DNA of 64,000 nucleotides from Oscillospiraceae bacterium (GCA_015065215.1 SVQT01000004.1:3264-67263), one strand, 5' to 3'. Numbered from the stretch's first letter, positions 18,406 through 29,326 are shown. Made by a program: numbers and translations. Notes: generated by a model from the sequence alone, not told the origin.

Positions 18406-18447
18406 AAACAGAGCGACCGCCTTGCAGGCGGCCGCTCTGTTTTTTTG
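18406..18447. terminator. bidirectional terminator between convergent genes
   Basis: AAACAGAGCG.CCGCC / GGCGGCCGCTCTGTTT stem with T7 on the plus strand and an A/T run on the other side. Confidence 0.75.
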
Positions 18448-18470
18448 AAATCAAACAGCTGTGTGTTTTG

Positions 18471-20168
18471 TTACATTTCCTTTTTGCTCTGCGACATCAG
18501 TCTTTGAAAAACCTTTGCCATTTCGGCACGGCGCACACGTCCTGCCCCATCCTTTGGGAAAGGCTGTTCGCAAAGCACATAGAAGGAGATTTGCTGATAA
18601 AGATCCAGTTCTCCGTTCAATTCGGCAATCCACTCATCAATGGCCTTTTCCAGCTCTTCTTCGGTGCAGTTTTCGCCAAGCACCTCCACAGTATAGTCCA
18701 GATCCGGTAAAATCATAGCGGCAGGCTCACTGTCCTTGGTTTCGGGATTCAGGGTGCCAACCACCACAGCCTCTTTGACAAAAGGAGACTGGCAAAGCAT
18801 ACGCTCTAAAAACTCAGGGCAAATCAATCTGTGTCCCGCGGTCTCAATACAATTTTGACGGCGACCCAAAATGAACAAAAATCCATCTTTATCAATTCTG
18901 CCAATATCACCGGTATAATACCAGCCGCCGTCAAGCGCCTTTTCGGTACGGGCCGGATCACCCAGATAACCAAGCATCACATTGTCACCCTTATAGCGGA
19001 TCTCACCACTGCCGTCGGGCTGAGCATTGTAAATATCCAACATGGTATCAGGGAAAGCCAAGCCTGCCGAGCCGTCACGGTAGCTGTCGTCACGGTCCAT
19101 TGCCGCCAAAGCGGCACATTCGGTCATGCCATAGCCCTGCATGGTAAAAACGCCCAGCTGGCGCAGGCCTTTTTGTACGGCAGCATCCATCGGTTCACCC
19201 AGCACCAGCAAGCGGCGAAGCGCCCCGCCAAAAAAAGCTCTGTCGGTGGCCAGCAATCGTTCTTTCATGGCTTGTCGAACAGAAAGTGGACGAACGGGGT
19301 CAGAAACAGCAATAAAGCGACGCACCCGAGTCTCTCTGCCCCCTCGCTCGATCTTCTGCCAGCATTTGCGGTAAAGTGCCTCGGCAATAAAGGGAATGGT
19401 CACCATAAAAGTAGGATGGATCTCGCGCATGTTGCGAAGCAAATGCGCCAGTCCCTCTCCAAAGGCGACCGTGGCACCGTGATAAAGAGGCAGTAAAAAG
19501 CCACAAACACACTCATAGGTGTGCGAAAGGGGCAGAACCGACAAGAACACATCCTCCCCATCCAGATCAATCATTTGGCAAATGTTGCCGATACTGGCCA
19601 ACAGATTGCGGTGGGAGAGCATAACGCCCTTGGGGGAACCGGTTGTACCCGGGGTAAAAAAGAGAGCGGCAAGATCGTCTGTATCTGCCTCAAAATCGTG
19701 CAGATTATAATCGGCGGCATTCATCTTGTGCTTGCCCTCTGCCAACAAATAGGGATATTTGTCAAAGCAGATCGCTGTTACGCCTGTCAGCACGCGGCGC
19801 TTGCCGCGCAGCTCGGCATCATAAAGGATGCCTTCGATTTCCGCTTCGGCGGCAATGGCGGCAAGATCTTTGGGGCGCACCGCCGCGTCTACCGGCACCG
19901 GAATAACGCCAAGGACAGTCAGGGCCATAAAAGAAAGTACCCAACGGTATGAGTTTTTTCCTAACAGCACCACTCTGTCACCAGGGGCGAAATGCCCTTC
20001 CAGCATCAGCGAGAGCGCCTTAACCTCTTCTCCAAAGCGAGCGTAGGAAACATCCTGATAGACACCGTCTTTCTTTTCTCGAAAAGCGGTCTTGGTTCCA
20101 AAGCTGACGGTAACATCCGCCAACAGTTCCCGCAAGGTGCGGGGCATATTTTCACGAATTTTAGACAT
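18471..20168 (-). CDS. AMP-dependent synthetase/ligase (long-chain fatty acid-CoA ligase-like)
   Basis: AMP-binding motif FFTPGTTGSPKGVMLSHRNL, then YGMTEC and GDIGRIDKDGFLFILGR. Start set to ATG 20168 (MSKIREN) behind GGAGG. Confidence 0.85.
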   Translation of the reverse strand: MSKIRENMPRTLRELLADVTVSFGTKTAFREKKDGVYQDVSYARFGEEVKALSLMLEGHFAPGDRVVLLGKNSYRWVLSFMALTVLGVIPVPVDAAVRPKDLAAIAAEAEIEGILYDAELRGKRRVLTGVTAICFDKYPYLLAEGKHKMNAADYNLHDFEADTDDLAALFFTPGTTGSPKGVMLSHRNLLASIGNICQMIDLDGEDVFLSVLPLSHTYECVCGFLLPLYHGATVAFGEGLAHLLRNMREIHPTFMVTIPFIAEALYRKCWQKIERGGRETRVRRFIAVSDPVRPLSVRQAMKERLLATDRAFFGGALRRLLVLGEPMDAAVQKGLRQLGVFTMQGYGMTECAALAAMDRDDSYRDGSAGLAFPDTMLDIYNAQPDGSGEIRYKGDNVMLGYLGDPARTEKALDGGWYYTGDIGRIDKDGFLFILGRRQNCIETAGHRLICPEFLERMLCQSPFVKEAVVVGTLNPETKDSEPAAMILPDLDYTVEVLGENCTEEELEKAIDEWIAELNGELDLYQQISFYVLCEQPFPKDGAGRVRRAEMAKVFQRLMSQSKKEM

Positions 20169-20190
20169 ACAAACCTCCAAACAAGAACCT

Positions 20191-21732
20191 TCAATTCCAA
20201 TATTTACGGTCTAAGCTGCGCAATTGAATCGCTTCGGCAATATGGGTGGCACGGATCAGCTCACACGCCTCCAGATCCGCTATTGTGCGTGCCAAGCGCA
20301 TAATACGGTCATACCCTCTGGCGGAAAGACCCATGCGGTCGTAGGCGTTGCGGAGCATGGCGGTGGCGGTATCATCCGCGACGCAATATTTCCGAATTCC
20401 GGCCGCATCCAGCTGGGCGTTGCAGAAAATACCCTTCTCACCCCGCAAGCGTTCGGCGGCAAAGCGTCTTGCCTTTGCCACGCGCGCTCTGACCTGTGCC
20501 GAGGTCTCTGCCCTTTCCTCCTTGATCGCCAATTCGTCATAGGAAAGCGAGGGCAGCTCGACTTCAATGTCAATGCGGTCAAGCAAAGGCCCGCTGATGC
20601 GGGAGATATAGCGCTTAACATCGTTTGGCGAGCAAGTACATGGCTTTGTGGGATGGCCGAAATAACCGCACCGACAAGGGTTCATGGCGCCAACCAGCAT
20701 AAAGGAGCAAGGGAAGGTCACACGGCCGCTTGCTCTTGTGATGGTCACGCGCCGATCCTCCAGAGGTTGGCGAAGGGTATCGGTAACGGTTTTGGGGAAT
20801 TCCGGTAATTCGTCAAGAAAAAGCACTCCGTTATGGGCAAGCGAAACCTCGCCGGGGGCGGGATTGACGCCGCCACCCACCAGGCTCACCGCCGACATGG
20901 TATGGTGCGGAGAGCGAAAGGGTCTTGCCGACAAAAGCGATTGATGATCCGGTAGCGTGCCTGCCACCGAATGAACCTTGGTGGTCTCAATCGCCTCATC
21001 AAAGGTAAGCGGGGGCAAAATGGTGGGCAACCGCTTTGCCAGCATAGATTTGCCGGTGCCGGGCGGGCCGATAAGCAAAATGTTGTGTCCGCCTGCGGCG
21101 GCAATTTCCATAGCGCGTTTGGCCATAGTTTGCCCTCGCACATCGGCAAAATCCACCGCGTTTTGCAAGACCGCGTCGGTAAAAGCTCCCCGATCCATTT
21201 CCACCGGCTGAATAAAAGAAACGCCGTTGAAATGGTCAACCAACGATCGCATATCGGTAAGCGGATAAACTTTAATACCCTCTACCGCCGCCGCTTCTCT
21301 GGCATTGACCGCCGGCACAAAAATTTCGGTAAGCCCTGCCTCCTTGGCGGCCACGCACATAGAGAGAGCGCCGCGCACGCTGCGGATCTCACCGGAAAGA
21401 GATAGCTCACCTACAAGGCAGGTGCGGGAAAGGTCCACTTGATGGTGAATGATGCCGGAGCAACGGAGAATACCGGCAAGGATGGCCACATCAAAGCCGG
21501 AGCCCTCCTTTTTGCGATCGGCAGGCGCCAGATTAACAGTCAACTTCCAGGAGGGAAAGCGGAAGCCACTGTTGAAAGACGCGGTGCGTACACGCTCCTT
21601 AGCCTCTTTGACCGCCATATCCGGCAGACCAACGATCTCAAAGCCCTGTAAGCGTTCCTGGGCGTCACATTCTACGCTGACCATAAACCCGTCAATGCCG
21701 GCAATCCCGGCGCTAAGCACGGTAGACAGCAA
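20191..21732 (-). CDS. YifB/ComM-family Mg-chelatase-like AAA+ ATPase
   Basis: Lon-like N-terminal domain, Walker A LLIGPPGTGKSMLAKR, Walker B VLFLDELPEF, C-terminal Mg-chelatase domain. Confidence 0.9.
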   Translation of the reverse strand: MLSTVLSAGIAGIDGFMVSVECDAQERLQGFEIVGLPDMAVKEAKERVRTASFNSGFRFPSWKLTVNLAPADRKKEGSGFDVAILAGILRCSGIIHHQVDLSRTCLVGELSLSGEIRSVRGALSMCVAAKEAGLTEIFVPAVNAREAAAVEGIKVYPLTDMRSLVDHFNGVSFIQPVEMDRGAFTDAVLQNAVDFADVRGQTMAKRAMEIAAAGGHNILLIGPPGTGKSMLAKRLPTILPPLTFDEAIETTKVHSVAGTLPDHQSLLSARPFRSPHHTMSAVSLVGGGVNPAPGEVSLAHNGVLFLDELPEFPKTVTDTLRQPLEDRRVTITRASGRVTFPCSFMLVGAMNPCRCGYFGHPTKPCTCSPNDVKRYISRISGPLLDRIDIEVELPSLSYDELAIKEERAETSAQVRARVAKARRFAAERLRGEKGIFCNAQLDAAGIRKYCVADDTATAMLRNAYDRMGLSARGYDRIMRLARTIADLEACELIRATHIAEAIQLRSLDRKYWN

Positions 21733-21801
21733 TTCGCTCCCCCCTTTTTATCTGATAGTTAAATTAAGTATACCATATTTTCTGCGACTTTGCAACCACA
21801 A

Positions 21802-21842
21802 AAAGAGAAAACGCTCGGCTACCGGCCGAGCGTTTTCTCTTT
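21802..21842 (-). terminator. terminator after the YgjV-like gene
   Basis: AAAGAGAAAACGCTCGGC / GCCGAGCGTTTTCTCTTT 18-bp stem. Confidence 0.7.
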
Positions 21843-22416
21843 ATTCGTTTTCAATAAAGCTCTTGAACGTTGCCTTGTTGATCCGATGACGCTGCACCAG
21901 CATCAGAACGGTACCGACAGCCGCGGAAAGCAGCAGGATCGCGCCTGACACGATTGCCGAATAGTTCCGACTGATGATGTTATAGATCAGCCAAAGGCCG
22001 TTGGCCAGAAAACTGATGTAACGAGTGAAATTTGGTCTGCGACTGTAAAACCCGATCACTGCCGCCATGCTGCCAATTGCCGGCAGGATGGCATACCACC
22101 CCTCGTAGCCGCTCATCAGCGACACCATGGGGGAAATGGCAGTCACGATCATAAACAGAATCGGCCATAGCACAGTAGATGCCCATTTACGCTTGTCACG
22201 GTTGTAAAAAACCACTGATCGACCCATACCGATCACATTGAGCAACGCGCCCGTGTAGCTGCCCAGGCAAAGCATGTTAGCCACCCAAAGCGTATCCGAA
22301 ACAAATTTGAAAATCAAAATGCGCTCGCGCTTATTACTCAGAAAGATCAAAAAGCTTTCCGCAACGGCAACGATTCCGATGATCTCGCCGATTACCTTTA
22401 AAGTGTGCGCATCCAT
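21841..22416 (-). CDS. YgjV-like inner membrane protein
   Basis: Polytopic protein of about 190 aa. ATG 22416 overlaps the upstream stop (TGATG coupling). The track ORF start at 22437 is an alternative. Confidence 0.55.
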   Translation of the reverse strand: MDAHTLKVIGEIIGIVAVAESFLIFLSNKRERILIFKFVSDTLWVANMLCLGSYTGALLNVIGMGRSVVFYNRDKRKWASTVLWPILFMIVTAISPMVSLMSGYEGWYAILPAIGSMAAVIGFYSRRPNFTRYISFLANGLWLIYNIISRNYSAIVSGAILLLSAAVGTVLMLVQRHRINKATFKSFIENE

Positions 22417-24140
22417 CAGATTACTACATAGCCCCACGCGGGAATTTCCTTACCCTCGTACAGGGCCACCTTATCCGAGAAATTTCCTACAACGGCACTG
22501 CCGTCAGAATAAGTGGCTTTTTCGATACCGTTTTCCAGAATATCGTATCGTTCCATATACAGAAGCTGTTTATCCGCCAAGCGCAGATGCTCGTCGCAGG
22601 CCTCCTTGATGCGGGCAACACTCCAACGCAACGCTTCATCGTCGGCACAGGTGAGATCGTTTTCGCCCATCCAGTTTTTCTGGCCGCCGGTGCGGAACTT
22701 GGAGTAAAAGTACATGGCGGGTCTGCCGCCGCGCAGAATAAAGGACAGGCGCTCCTGCACAGGCTGTGCCGTATAGTTGACGGTGGTGGCGGTGGGGTTA
22801 TACAGCACAATGCCGTGATAGGCCACCTCAAACAAAGGCAGATAACGGTCTGCCACGGGGATCTCCTTCTTGCCAAAGCCGTTGCCAAAGGTGGCGTACA
22901 GGCCAAAATCCAGATCCTTGAGGGCAAAATCCATGCACCCCTCAGAGGAGAAGCCGCCAAAGAGGCCACTGGTGTACTCAAGGATCTTTTGCGCGTAGAT
23001 GATGCCGTTGGCGGTGCTGGAGGGGTGCTCCAGCGCATGGCAATCATCCGGGATCACAATCGAGATCACGTCGGTAAAGTGCAAGCCGTTTTCACCCAAG
23101 GCGGCGAGAGCGGGCAGATCGCGCTTGGTGTTCTTATACTGCTTTTCCAGGCACACGTGATAGGCATAACCGCCACTGTAGTGGCCGGTCTGGTTATAGC
23201 TGCCGTCACGGTTCACCACCACGTCGTCCCAGGTGAAGGTATCCGCGATCTCGTAGCTGTCGATGGTATTGGTGTGGGTAGAGATGCGATAGCCCAGCGA
23301 CTTCACGTAGTCGATGGTCTTTTTCAGCTCGTCATCGCCGCCAAGGCGGGGATCGGCCGGGAAAAGCTGAGGGAAGCGACCGTCGTGGCCGCTGCGATTC
23401 CAGCCCACCAACTGTAGCTCAGCACCCTCTACCTTCTGGCGCTTTAGCTCATCCGCAATGTCCCGCACGCGCTTAAAGTCGCACGCGACAAACATTTCCG
23501 GCTCGTTGGCCTCTCTCTGATGGAGCACGGGGCTGGGACTGGGCTTCCAGCCCATACGGATACGCACAAGCGGATATTTGCGAGCATACTCCACGGCGGG
23601 TCTTTGGCATTTTTCGGCCAAGGTGCGGATCTCACCGCGGGAAAGGCGAAGCTCACGTTCTGTCTTTGCCATATCGTTGTAATCGGCGCTTTCAGGCAGC
23701 ATGACCACCTCGATGCAAATATCGTCATAGACCTTATCGTGAGTGGTAAAATCAAATTCGGGGAACACCGCATATTCGTTGTTTTCAATGACGGTATGTA
23801 TCTTGTACCAGTAGTTACGGTACACGCGCACAAGGCAGCAAAGCCCTGCCTTTTTGATGCCGTACCAGGACAGCACAGGGTTTTCGTAAGCATAGTCTAC
23901 GTCCTCGCGTGGGGTGAAAAAGGTCTGCATCTCACCCACACGGCTGATGGTGCGGGGCAGGATCCAATAGCCCTCATCCCCCGCCTTGGCGGCACCAAGC
24001 TCGGGCAGAGCGCGGAGCTGCTTGCACTTCCAAAGCGTTTCCTTTTTCAGGGTCAGCAACAGGCTCTTGCCCGTGTCCAGGCAATCGAAATCATATCGCT
24101 TCCCCCGCTCGTCCACGGCATAAAAAAGTTCCTTCAGCAT
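22416..24140 (-). CDS. conserved hypothetical protein, possibly a TIM-barrel glycoside-hydrolase-like enzyme
   Basis: 574-aa ORF, cytoplasmic (no signal peptide). The function guess rests only on general sequence character and sugar-locus context. Confidence 0.5.
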   Translation of the reverse strand: MLKELFYAVDERGKRYDFDCLDTGKSLLLTLKKETLWKCKQLRALPELGAAKAGDEGYWILPRTISRVGEMQTFFTPREDVDYAYENPVLSWYGIKKAGLCCLVRVYRNYWYKIHTVIENNEYAVFPEFDFTTHDKVYDDICIEVVMLPESADYNDMAKTERELRLSRGEIRTLAEKCQRPAVEYARKYPLVRIRMGWKPSPSPVLHQREANEPEMFVACDFKRVRDIADELKRQKVEGAELQLVGWNRSGHDGRFPQLFPADPRLGGDDELKKTIDYVKSLGYRISTHTNTIDSYEIADTFTWDDVVVNRDGSYNQTGHYSGGYAYHVCLEKQYKNTKRDLPALAALGENGLHFTDVISIVIPDDCHALEHPSSTANGIIYAQKILEYTSGLFGGFSSEGCMDFALKDLDFGLYATFGNGFGKKEIPVADRYLPLFEVAYHGIVLYNPTATTVNYTAQPVQERLSFILRGGRPAMYFYSKFRTGGQKNWMGENDLTCADDEALRWSVARIKEACDEHLRLADKQLLYMERYDILENGIEKATYSDGSAVVGNFSDKVALYEGKEIPAWGYVVI

Positions 24141-24248
24141 CTGAAACCTCCGAAATTTTTATTTTTCCTCTTGATTATAGCAAATGCATACGGTATAATA
24201 AAGTCAAAATTCACAGAAAAAAGTTTGAAAAATAAAGATGGTGATGAC

Positions 24249-25079
24249 ATGAGGATCGAAAACATCAATCCGTTTTTGCGTGCGGCAGAGCTACAGCCCG
24301 CCGTTTTGGAGGGCCCCGGCGCTCGCATGGCCTACGACCACAGGCTCTTTTACATTCTGGAGGGCGAAGGCCTTCTGCTGCTGGATGGGCAGGAGGTTTC
24401 ACTTTCTCCCGACGTGTTGCTTCTCTTTCGCCCCGGCATCGGTTATCACTTCCGAGGCAAGCTACGCGTGGCGGTATTGAATTTTGATTTGACACGTGAG
24501 GCCCGCCATCGCTCGCGGCCGATCTGCCCACCGCCCGTAGCGGAATTCAACCCTGCCCTACTCTTTGACGGCACCACGCTGGAGGAGCTTGCCGCACCCT
24601 CGGTGCGCCGTGACGGTGCCGCTTTTCGCGAGGACGTGCTGACGTTGGTGCGTTTATTCCAAAAAAACGACCCCGCTGCCGACGCCATCACCTCGGCGCT
24701 ACTCAAAAAGCTACTATCCGAGCTGCTCTGCGAAAAGCAGAGAGCCGACCCCGCCGCGGCCCTCATCGACCGGGTGCGCCGCCACATCCGCATGTTTGCC
24801 GCGGAACTGCGGGATAACGGCGACATCGGGCAGGAATTCGGCTATCACCCCGTCTATCTGGCAACCCTGTTCAAGGAGCGTACCGGCGAGACACTGCATC
24901 ACGCCATTCTGGCCGAGCGGATACGGCTGGCCGGCGAGTGGCTGACGCGCACCGACCACAGCATCGAGCAGATCGCCTTTGATACCGGCTTTTCCTCGCG
25001 TAGCTATTTTTGTACGGTTTTTAAAGAATTTACCGGCGTTACCCCTCGCCAATACCGGCTACAGCACGTCGGCTTATAA
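24249..25079 (+). CDS. AraC-family transcriptional regulator
   Basis: C-terminal AraC HTH (HPVYLATLFKERTGETLHHAILAERIRLAGEWL...IEQIAFDTGFSSRSYFCTVF). Only the part from ATG 24249 (MRIENINPF) of track ORF 23520..25079 is credible. Confidence 0.8.
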   Translation: MRIENINPFLRAAELQPAVLEGPGARMAYDHRLFYILEGEGLLLLDGQEVSLSPDVLLLFRPGIGYHFRGKLRVAVLNFDLTREARHRSRPICPPPVAEFNPALLFDGTTLEELAAPSVRRDGAAFREDVLTLVRLFQKNDPAADAITSALLKKLLSELLCEKQRADPAAALIDRVRRHIRMFAAELRDNGDIGQEFGYHPVYLATLFKERTGETLHHAILAERIRLAGEWLTRTDHSIEQIAFDTGFSSRSYFCTVFKEFTGVTPRQYRLQHVGL

Positions 25080-25229
25080 AAAAGGCAGTCCGCATAGCGT
25101 GACGCTCTGAACGGAGAAATTATGCTAAACTGAGCAATAAAAAATGTGGGTACCTGCGGCACCCACATTTTTTCTGTCAAAACAGCAAAACGCCGTTTCT
25201 CTATACCGTTTTGCGATTTTGGCGCAAAA

Positions 25230-26519
25230 TCAGAGATTGAACGCCTCGTGAAGCTCCTTGATCTGTGCATCGTCCAGCGTAACGACGGGCTGACCGACGG
25301 CGGCGCAGGAGACCAGCGCGCGGGCGCTGTATTCCAGCACCTCCAGGTGATCATAAGCGGCCAGCACCGAGGTGCCCATAGAGATCAGGCAGTCACCCTC
25401 AATGATGGCAACGGGGTTCTTGGGAGTGATCTGCTCCAGAGCCTTATCGGGATCCTCCAGCAGGCTCATAAAGGGCAGGACGGGGACGTCCTTGAGCTGG
25501 ATGTAGCTTTCGGGAATGAGACGGGCATCAAACTTGGCGCCGGTTTGCGCAAAGGCCATGGCGCTGGGGCAGCGTGCCACGATCACGCTGTTGATCTCGG
25601 GATATTTCTCATACGCCTTGGCGCAGAAGGCAGCGTACTTGGAGGGGGTCTTGTCCGCCTCGGCCGCGTCACCGACTACACGCACCATTTCACAGCCGCA
25701 GCCCTCCAGCGGGTCAAAGCCCTCGGGGGTGATCAGCTGGCCGCCGTTTGCAAGGCGAGCAGACCAAACGCCGTCCACCGAGCTGAACAGATTCAGCTCA
25801 TAGGCGCGAGTGGATTTTTGCATCATTTCGTTACGCAGGTCGATCTCCTGATTGGTGGGAGCGGTAGCGGCAAGCGCCTTGTAGGCAGGTGCCTTGAAGC
25901 CCTCATAGCGAGCCAGCTCCGCGGCGGTCAGGCCCTTGGCCTTCTTGCCCATGGTGGCGGCAGCGATCTGCACGCGGGCGGTGAAATCCAGTGCCTCGAA
26001 CATGCGGAAGGCCTCCTCCATGGTGGGGGCGCCAATCACAACACCGTGATTTTCCAGCATAACGGTATTGTAGCCTTTCTCAAATTCGGCGGAGATCAGA
26101 TCACCAAGCTCCTGGCTGCCGGGAACGGCATACTTGGCAAAGATCACCTTGCCACAGATGCGGGAGGTATCCGGCATCAGCGTGAGGTCGGGCACGATGC
26201 GCATGAGCGAGAAGCCGACCAGAGGGGTGGGGTGCGCGTGCAGCACCGCCTTGAAATCCGGGCGCTTGCGCAAAACAGACAGATGGAAGGGATACTCCAC
26301 CGAGGGGCGGTTGCGGCCGATGATCTGACCGTCGGGGGTGATCTTCATAATATCCTCGCGGGTCAGAGCGCCTTTATCCACGCCGGAGGGGCTGATCCAC
26401 ATATTGCCCTCTTGATCCATGATCGACAGATTGCCACCGGAAACGGTGGTCATACCGTGATAGTAGAGGCGGTTCATAGTAGCAACAATCCTGTCAGCGG
26501 GGTGCATGCATTTTTTCAT
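25230..26519 (-). CDS. class II aldolase/adducin-family protein (two tandem domains)
   Basis: GGNLSIMD...ISPSGVDKG...VLHAHP motifs in the N-terminal half and a second related half. Start set to ATG 26519 (MKKCMHP). Confidence 0.75.
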   Translation of the reverse strand: MKKCMHPADRIVATMNRLYYHGMTTVSGGNLSIMDQEGNMWISPSGVDKGALTREDIMKITPDGQIIGRNRPSVEYPFHLSVLRKRPDFKAVLHAHPTPLVGFSLMRIVPDLTLMPDTSRICGKVIFAKYAVPGSQELGDLISAEFEKGYNTVMLENHGVVIGAPTMEEAFRMFEALDFTARVQIAAATMGKKAKGLTAAELARYEGFKAPAYKALAATAPTNQEIDLRNEMMQKSTRAYELNLFSSVDGVWSARLANGGQLITPEGFDPLEGCGCEMVRVVGDAAEADKTPSKYAAFCAKAYEKYPEINSVIVARCPSAMAFAQTGAKFDARLIPESYIQLKDVPVLPFMSLLEDPDKALEQITPKNPVAIIEGDCLISMGTSVLAAYDHLEVLEYSARALVSCAAVGQPVVTLDDAQIKELHEAFNL

Positions 26520-26615
26520 AATGGAGTACTTCCTTTCCAATATTTTTCAATATTATCATAAGCAATAATGACTTAAAAGTCAATAGAAGTCTAAAAAAGG
26601 GCACAAATGAGGTGA

Positions 26616-27404
26616 TTATCCGTCCACCATATCCCGCAAACGCTTGATTGCCGCGGCGGCCTTTTCCAAATAAGTCTCGCACGCCATATCGTCATAGAGG
26701 TCGCTGTGGTTGGCAATGACCTCCAACATCAGCGTGCCTTGATAGCCGCTTTCCTTTAATTGCCGCACCACACGGTCAAAATCCAGATTGCCGTCAAAGG
26801 GGATCATGTGCTCGTCTTTATTAAAGACACCGGTGTTGTCATGAATATGGGTAAAGATCAGCTTTTTGCCAAATAACGGCATATATTCTCTGCCTGGCGT
26901 AAAGCAGTTTTCGTGCCCCGTATCATAGCAAAAGCCCACGTGAGGCGCATCGGCAAAAGCCTCGAAAGCCCATGCGATGTTGCCCAGCATACGTTGATTT
27001 TCAAAGGCGACTTTCACGCCTTTTTCACCGGCATAGTCCACCAATTTCGCAAAGCGCTCTCTGCCAATATCGGTTATAGAGGGCGGTGTGCGCCCCGAAG
27101 AAAGATGTACTACCAGAATCGGCACCGCGGCGGTTGCGCAGGCATCCACCGCGTCGGTTAGCCGCCCCAGCATATTGTCACCCTCCTCGCCCTGTCGCCA
27201 GATGCTGTTGATGCCGTCAAAGGGCGCATGCATACTCTCCCAGAAGATGCCGTATTTTTTCAGCACCCTTGCAAAAACAGGAATACGATCAGCAGCGGGG
27301 ACACCGGTAAAGGTGGCGTTAAACCCAAGCTCACTGATCTTTTTAACATACGCTTCTAAGTCCATACCGGTCTTAGCATAGATTTGAATTCCGATTCTTC
27401 TCAT
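26616..27404 (-). CDS. sugar phosphate isomerase/epimerase (xylose-isomerase-like TIM barrel)
   Basis: Family-typical VVHLSSG, VAFENQ, GFCYDTGHE and HIHDN segments. Start at ATG 27404 (MRRIGIQ) behind GGGAGG. Confidence 0.8.
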   Translation of the reverse strand: MRRIGIQIYAKTGMDLEAYVKKISELGFNATFTGVPAADRIPVFARVLKKYGIFWESMHAPFDGINSIWRQGEEGDNMLGRLTDAVDACATAAVPILVVHLSSGRTPPSITDIGRERFAKLVDYAGEKGVKVAFENQRMLGNIAWAFEAFADAPHVGFCYDTGHENCFTPGREYMPLFGKKLIFTHIHDNTGVFNKDEHMIPFDGNLDFDRVVRQLKESGYQGTLMLEVIANHSDLYDDMACETYLEKAAAAIKRLRDMVDG

Positions 27405-27557
27405 CTGTGTGCCTCCCGCAACAGTAAACATTACATTTTCATTATAACAAGCTCCTCTATGCTTTGCAAGCCTATTTGCAAATTTTTCTTCCTCTTGCAA
27501 TTTTAAAACGAATATGATAAAATAATGAAAAATCGTCTTTTAGACGGAGGATAAAGC

Positions 27558-28673
27558 ATGAAACGATTTTTCGCCCTCTTTGCCATGCTGGTGGGGCTGA
27601 CTCTGCTTTTTGCCATCAGCGCAGGGGCAGAGGATAGAACCGCCACTTTTTATAGCGGCAATACCCTGGTCGATTCCCAGCCGGTGACAAATGACACCCT
27701 GACCTTGCCCAGTGCCATGAATATCGGTGAAAAGAAATTTGTAGGCTGGACTTGCGTAAACGGCAATAGCAAAACCCTTTACGCCGCAGATAGCACCATC
27801 TCTGTACCAAGAGGCGGCGACCTGCGCTTTGAGGCTTTCGGTATCGAGCTGCGTACCCTGACGGGGGCTGCCGTCAGCACTGACGGTAACGCCGCTTTGC
27901 GCTTTGACGGCATTTTGGGATTTGACGATTACGCCGCCCTTGTCGCCCTTGTTGGCGAGAGCAATATTTCTTACGGGGTTCTGATCGCCCCCTATAACAA
28001 AGCCAGTGGCAAAACTATCACGCACACCGCCTCGATTGAGGGATTGCTTGTTCGAGAAGCGCAGGATTTCTTCTACACAACCGCCCGTTACTGCGTATTC
28101 GGCGGCAGAACAGACAGTATCGCGGATGCCGCTATTCTGGAAAAATATACCGCAAGGGTATTTTTAACTGTTAAAATCGACAGTACGCCCATCACCTTGT
28201 ACGCAAATTACGACGCGGTAAACCATTCCCGTTCGGTACACGCCGTCAGCGCCGCCGCCTTTGAGGATCGCTCCTCCTATTCAAACAGCGTCTATGACAA
28301 AAAAACAGAGGCGGGATGCTACTCCCGCTTCACCGCAGAGCAGCTCTCGCTATTGAAAACCAGATTAGACAAGGTCGTCTGCGTGGGTAGTGTGACCGGT
28401 ACAGAGGTTGAAAGCAAGTACTCGATGGACAATTTCACCTTTCTCTCTTTTCATCCGGATCATTATGTCTCGCCCTATGAGGTCAAAGAAATTCTACGGC
28501 AGGACAACGGATATGACTCCATTATCACCTATGTGGTGGTAGCCAAGGAAGGGGCTGACCACAATCATGTTGCGGCCTATTTTGTAGAGGGCTCTTACCG
28601 CGCCCCCGACCGGGCAACCGAGTGGAAGGCTGACGGCATTTACATCTCGGTCTCTACCGCAACCGGACATTGA
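27558..28673 (+). CDS. secreted hypothetical protein with one Flg_new/InlB-B-like repeat
   Basis: Signal peptide MKRFFALFAMLVGLTLLFAISAGA. Segment ATFYSGNTLVDSQPV...FVGWTCVNG resembles the repeat in 681..2990. Confidence 0.65.
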   Translation: MKRFFALFAMLVGLTLLFAISAGAEDRTATFYSGNTLVDSQPVTNDTLTLPSAMNIGEKKFVGWTCVNGNSKTLYAADSTISVPRGGDLRFEAFGIELRTLTGAAVSTDGNAALRFDGILGFDDYAALVALVGESNISYGVLIAPYNKASGKTITHTASIEGLLVREAQDFFYTTARYCVFGGRTDSIADAAILEKYTARVFLTVKIDSTPITLYANYDAVNHSRSVHAVSAAAFEDRSSYSNSVYDKKTEAGCYSRFTAEQLSLLKTRLDKVVCVGSVTGTEVESKYSMDNFTFLSFHPDHYVSPYEVKEILRQDNGYDSIITYVVVAKEGADHNHVAAYFVEGSYRAPDRATEWKADGIYISVSTATGH

Positions 28674-28840
28674 CCGCAACCCTTTGGACGTCCCATTTGG
28701 CGCGAAACAAAACACAAAAAAGGAAAGCCGCTTTTGCTATCAAAAAAGATGGTGAAAGCGGCTTCTTCAGCAACAGGCGCAGGCCCGTTCTTTTTTTAGC
28801 ACCGTTTCGCATATAATGGGTAAAAAGGGGGGCAAACGGC

Positions 28841-29326
28841 ATGGGGATTTTAGGGGAATTGAAAAAAGTGCAAAAGCATTTTTCTCATGGTGGATGCCGG
28901 GTATTAACAGTAGAGTATGACCTGCCCGCCGGAGAGCGCGTTGCCGCCCGGCATTTTGCGAGCATGGTCGAGCAACTGCTGGCGTATGCTGAGGCGGTTT
29001 ATTTGCGAGATGCCGTTGACGAGTTGGAAAGGCTTGCCGAAAAAAAGCAAGCCTTTCTTTTCGCCAAACGACTTTACACCATTCGATTGCAGGAGCGTAA
29101 AAATGGCAAGGGGGCACAGGTCACACTAACCGCCGCGCTCTTTGCCCTTTCCCCAAAGGAAGGAAATGTACAGCTGGCATTGGGGGCGTTATCCACCTAT
29201 TGGGATGCCTGGGGCGAGATCCAGTTTTTGCCCGCAAAAATGCGAAAAAGCCGCCAAACGGGATCTAAAACGGCCCTTTTTCGCAAAAAAACGGAAACGC
29301 GAAAAATCGGCGCCCCCTCCTCTTGA
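28841..29326 (+). CDS. hypothetical protein
   Basis: 161-aa ORF with a GGGGGG-type SD 8 nt upstream and a basic C-terminus. No motif recognised. Confidence 0.45.
   Translation: MGILGELKKVQKHFSHGGCRVLTVEYDLPAGERVAARHFASMVEQLLAYAEAVYLRDAVDELERLAEKKQAFLFAKRLYTIRLQERKNGKGAQVTLTAALFALSPKEGNVQLALGALSTYWDAWGEIQFLPAKMRKSRQTGSKTALFRKKTETRKIGAPSS

Noticed and set aside
23520-24248. N-terminal 243 codons of track ORF 23520..25079.
   Set aside because: This part is antisense to the 22416..24140 gene and crosses the divergent intergenic region. Only the AraC-like part from ATG 24249 is credible.
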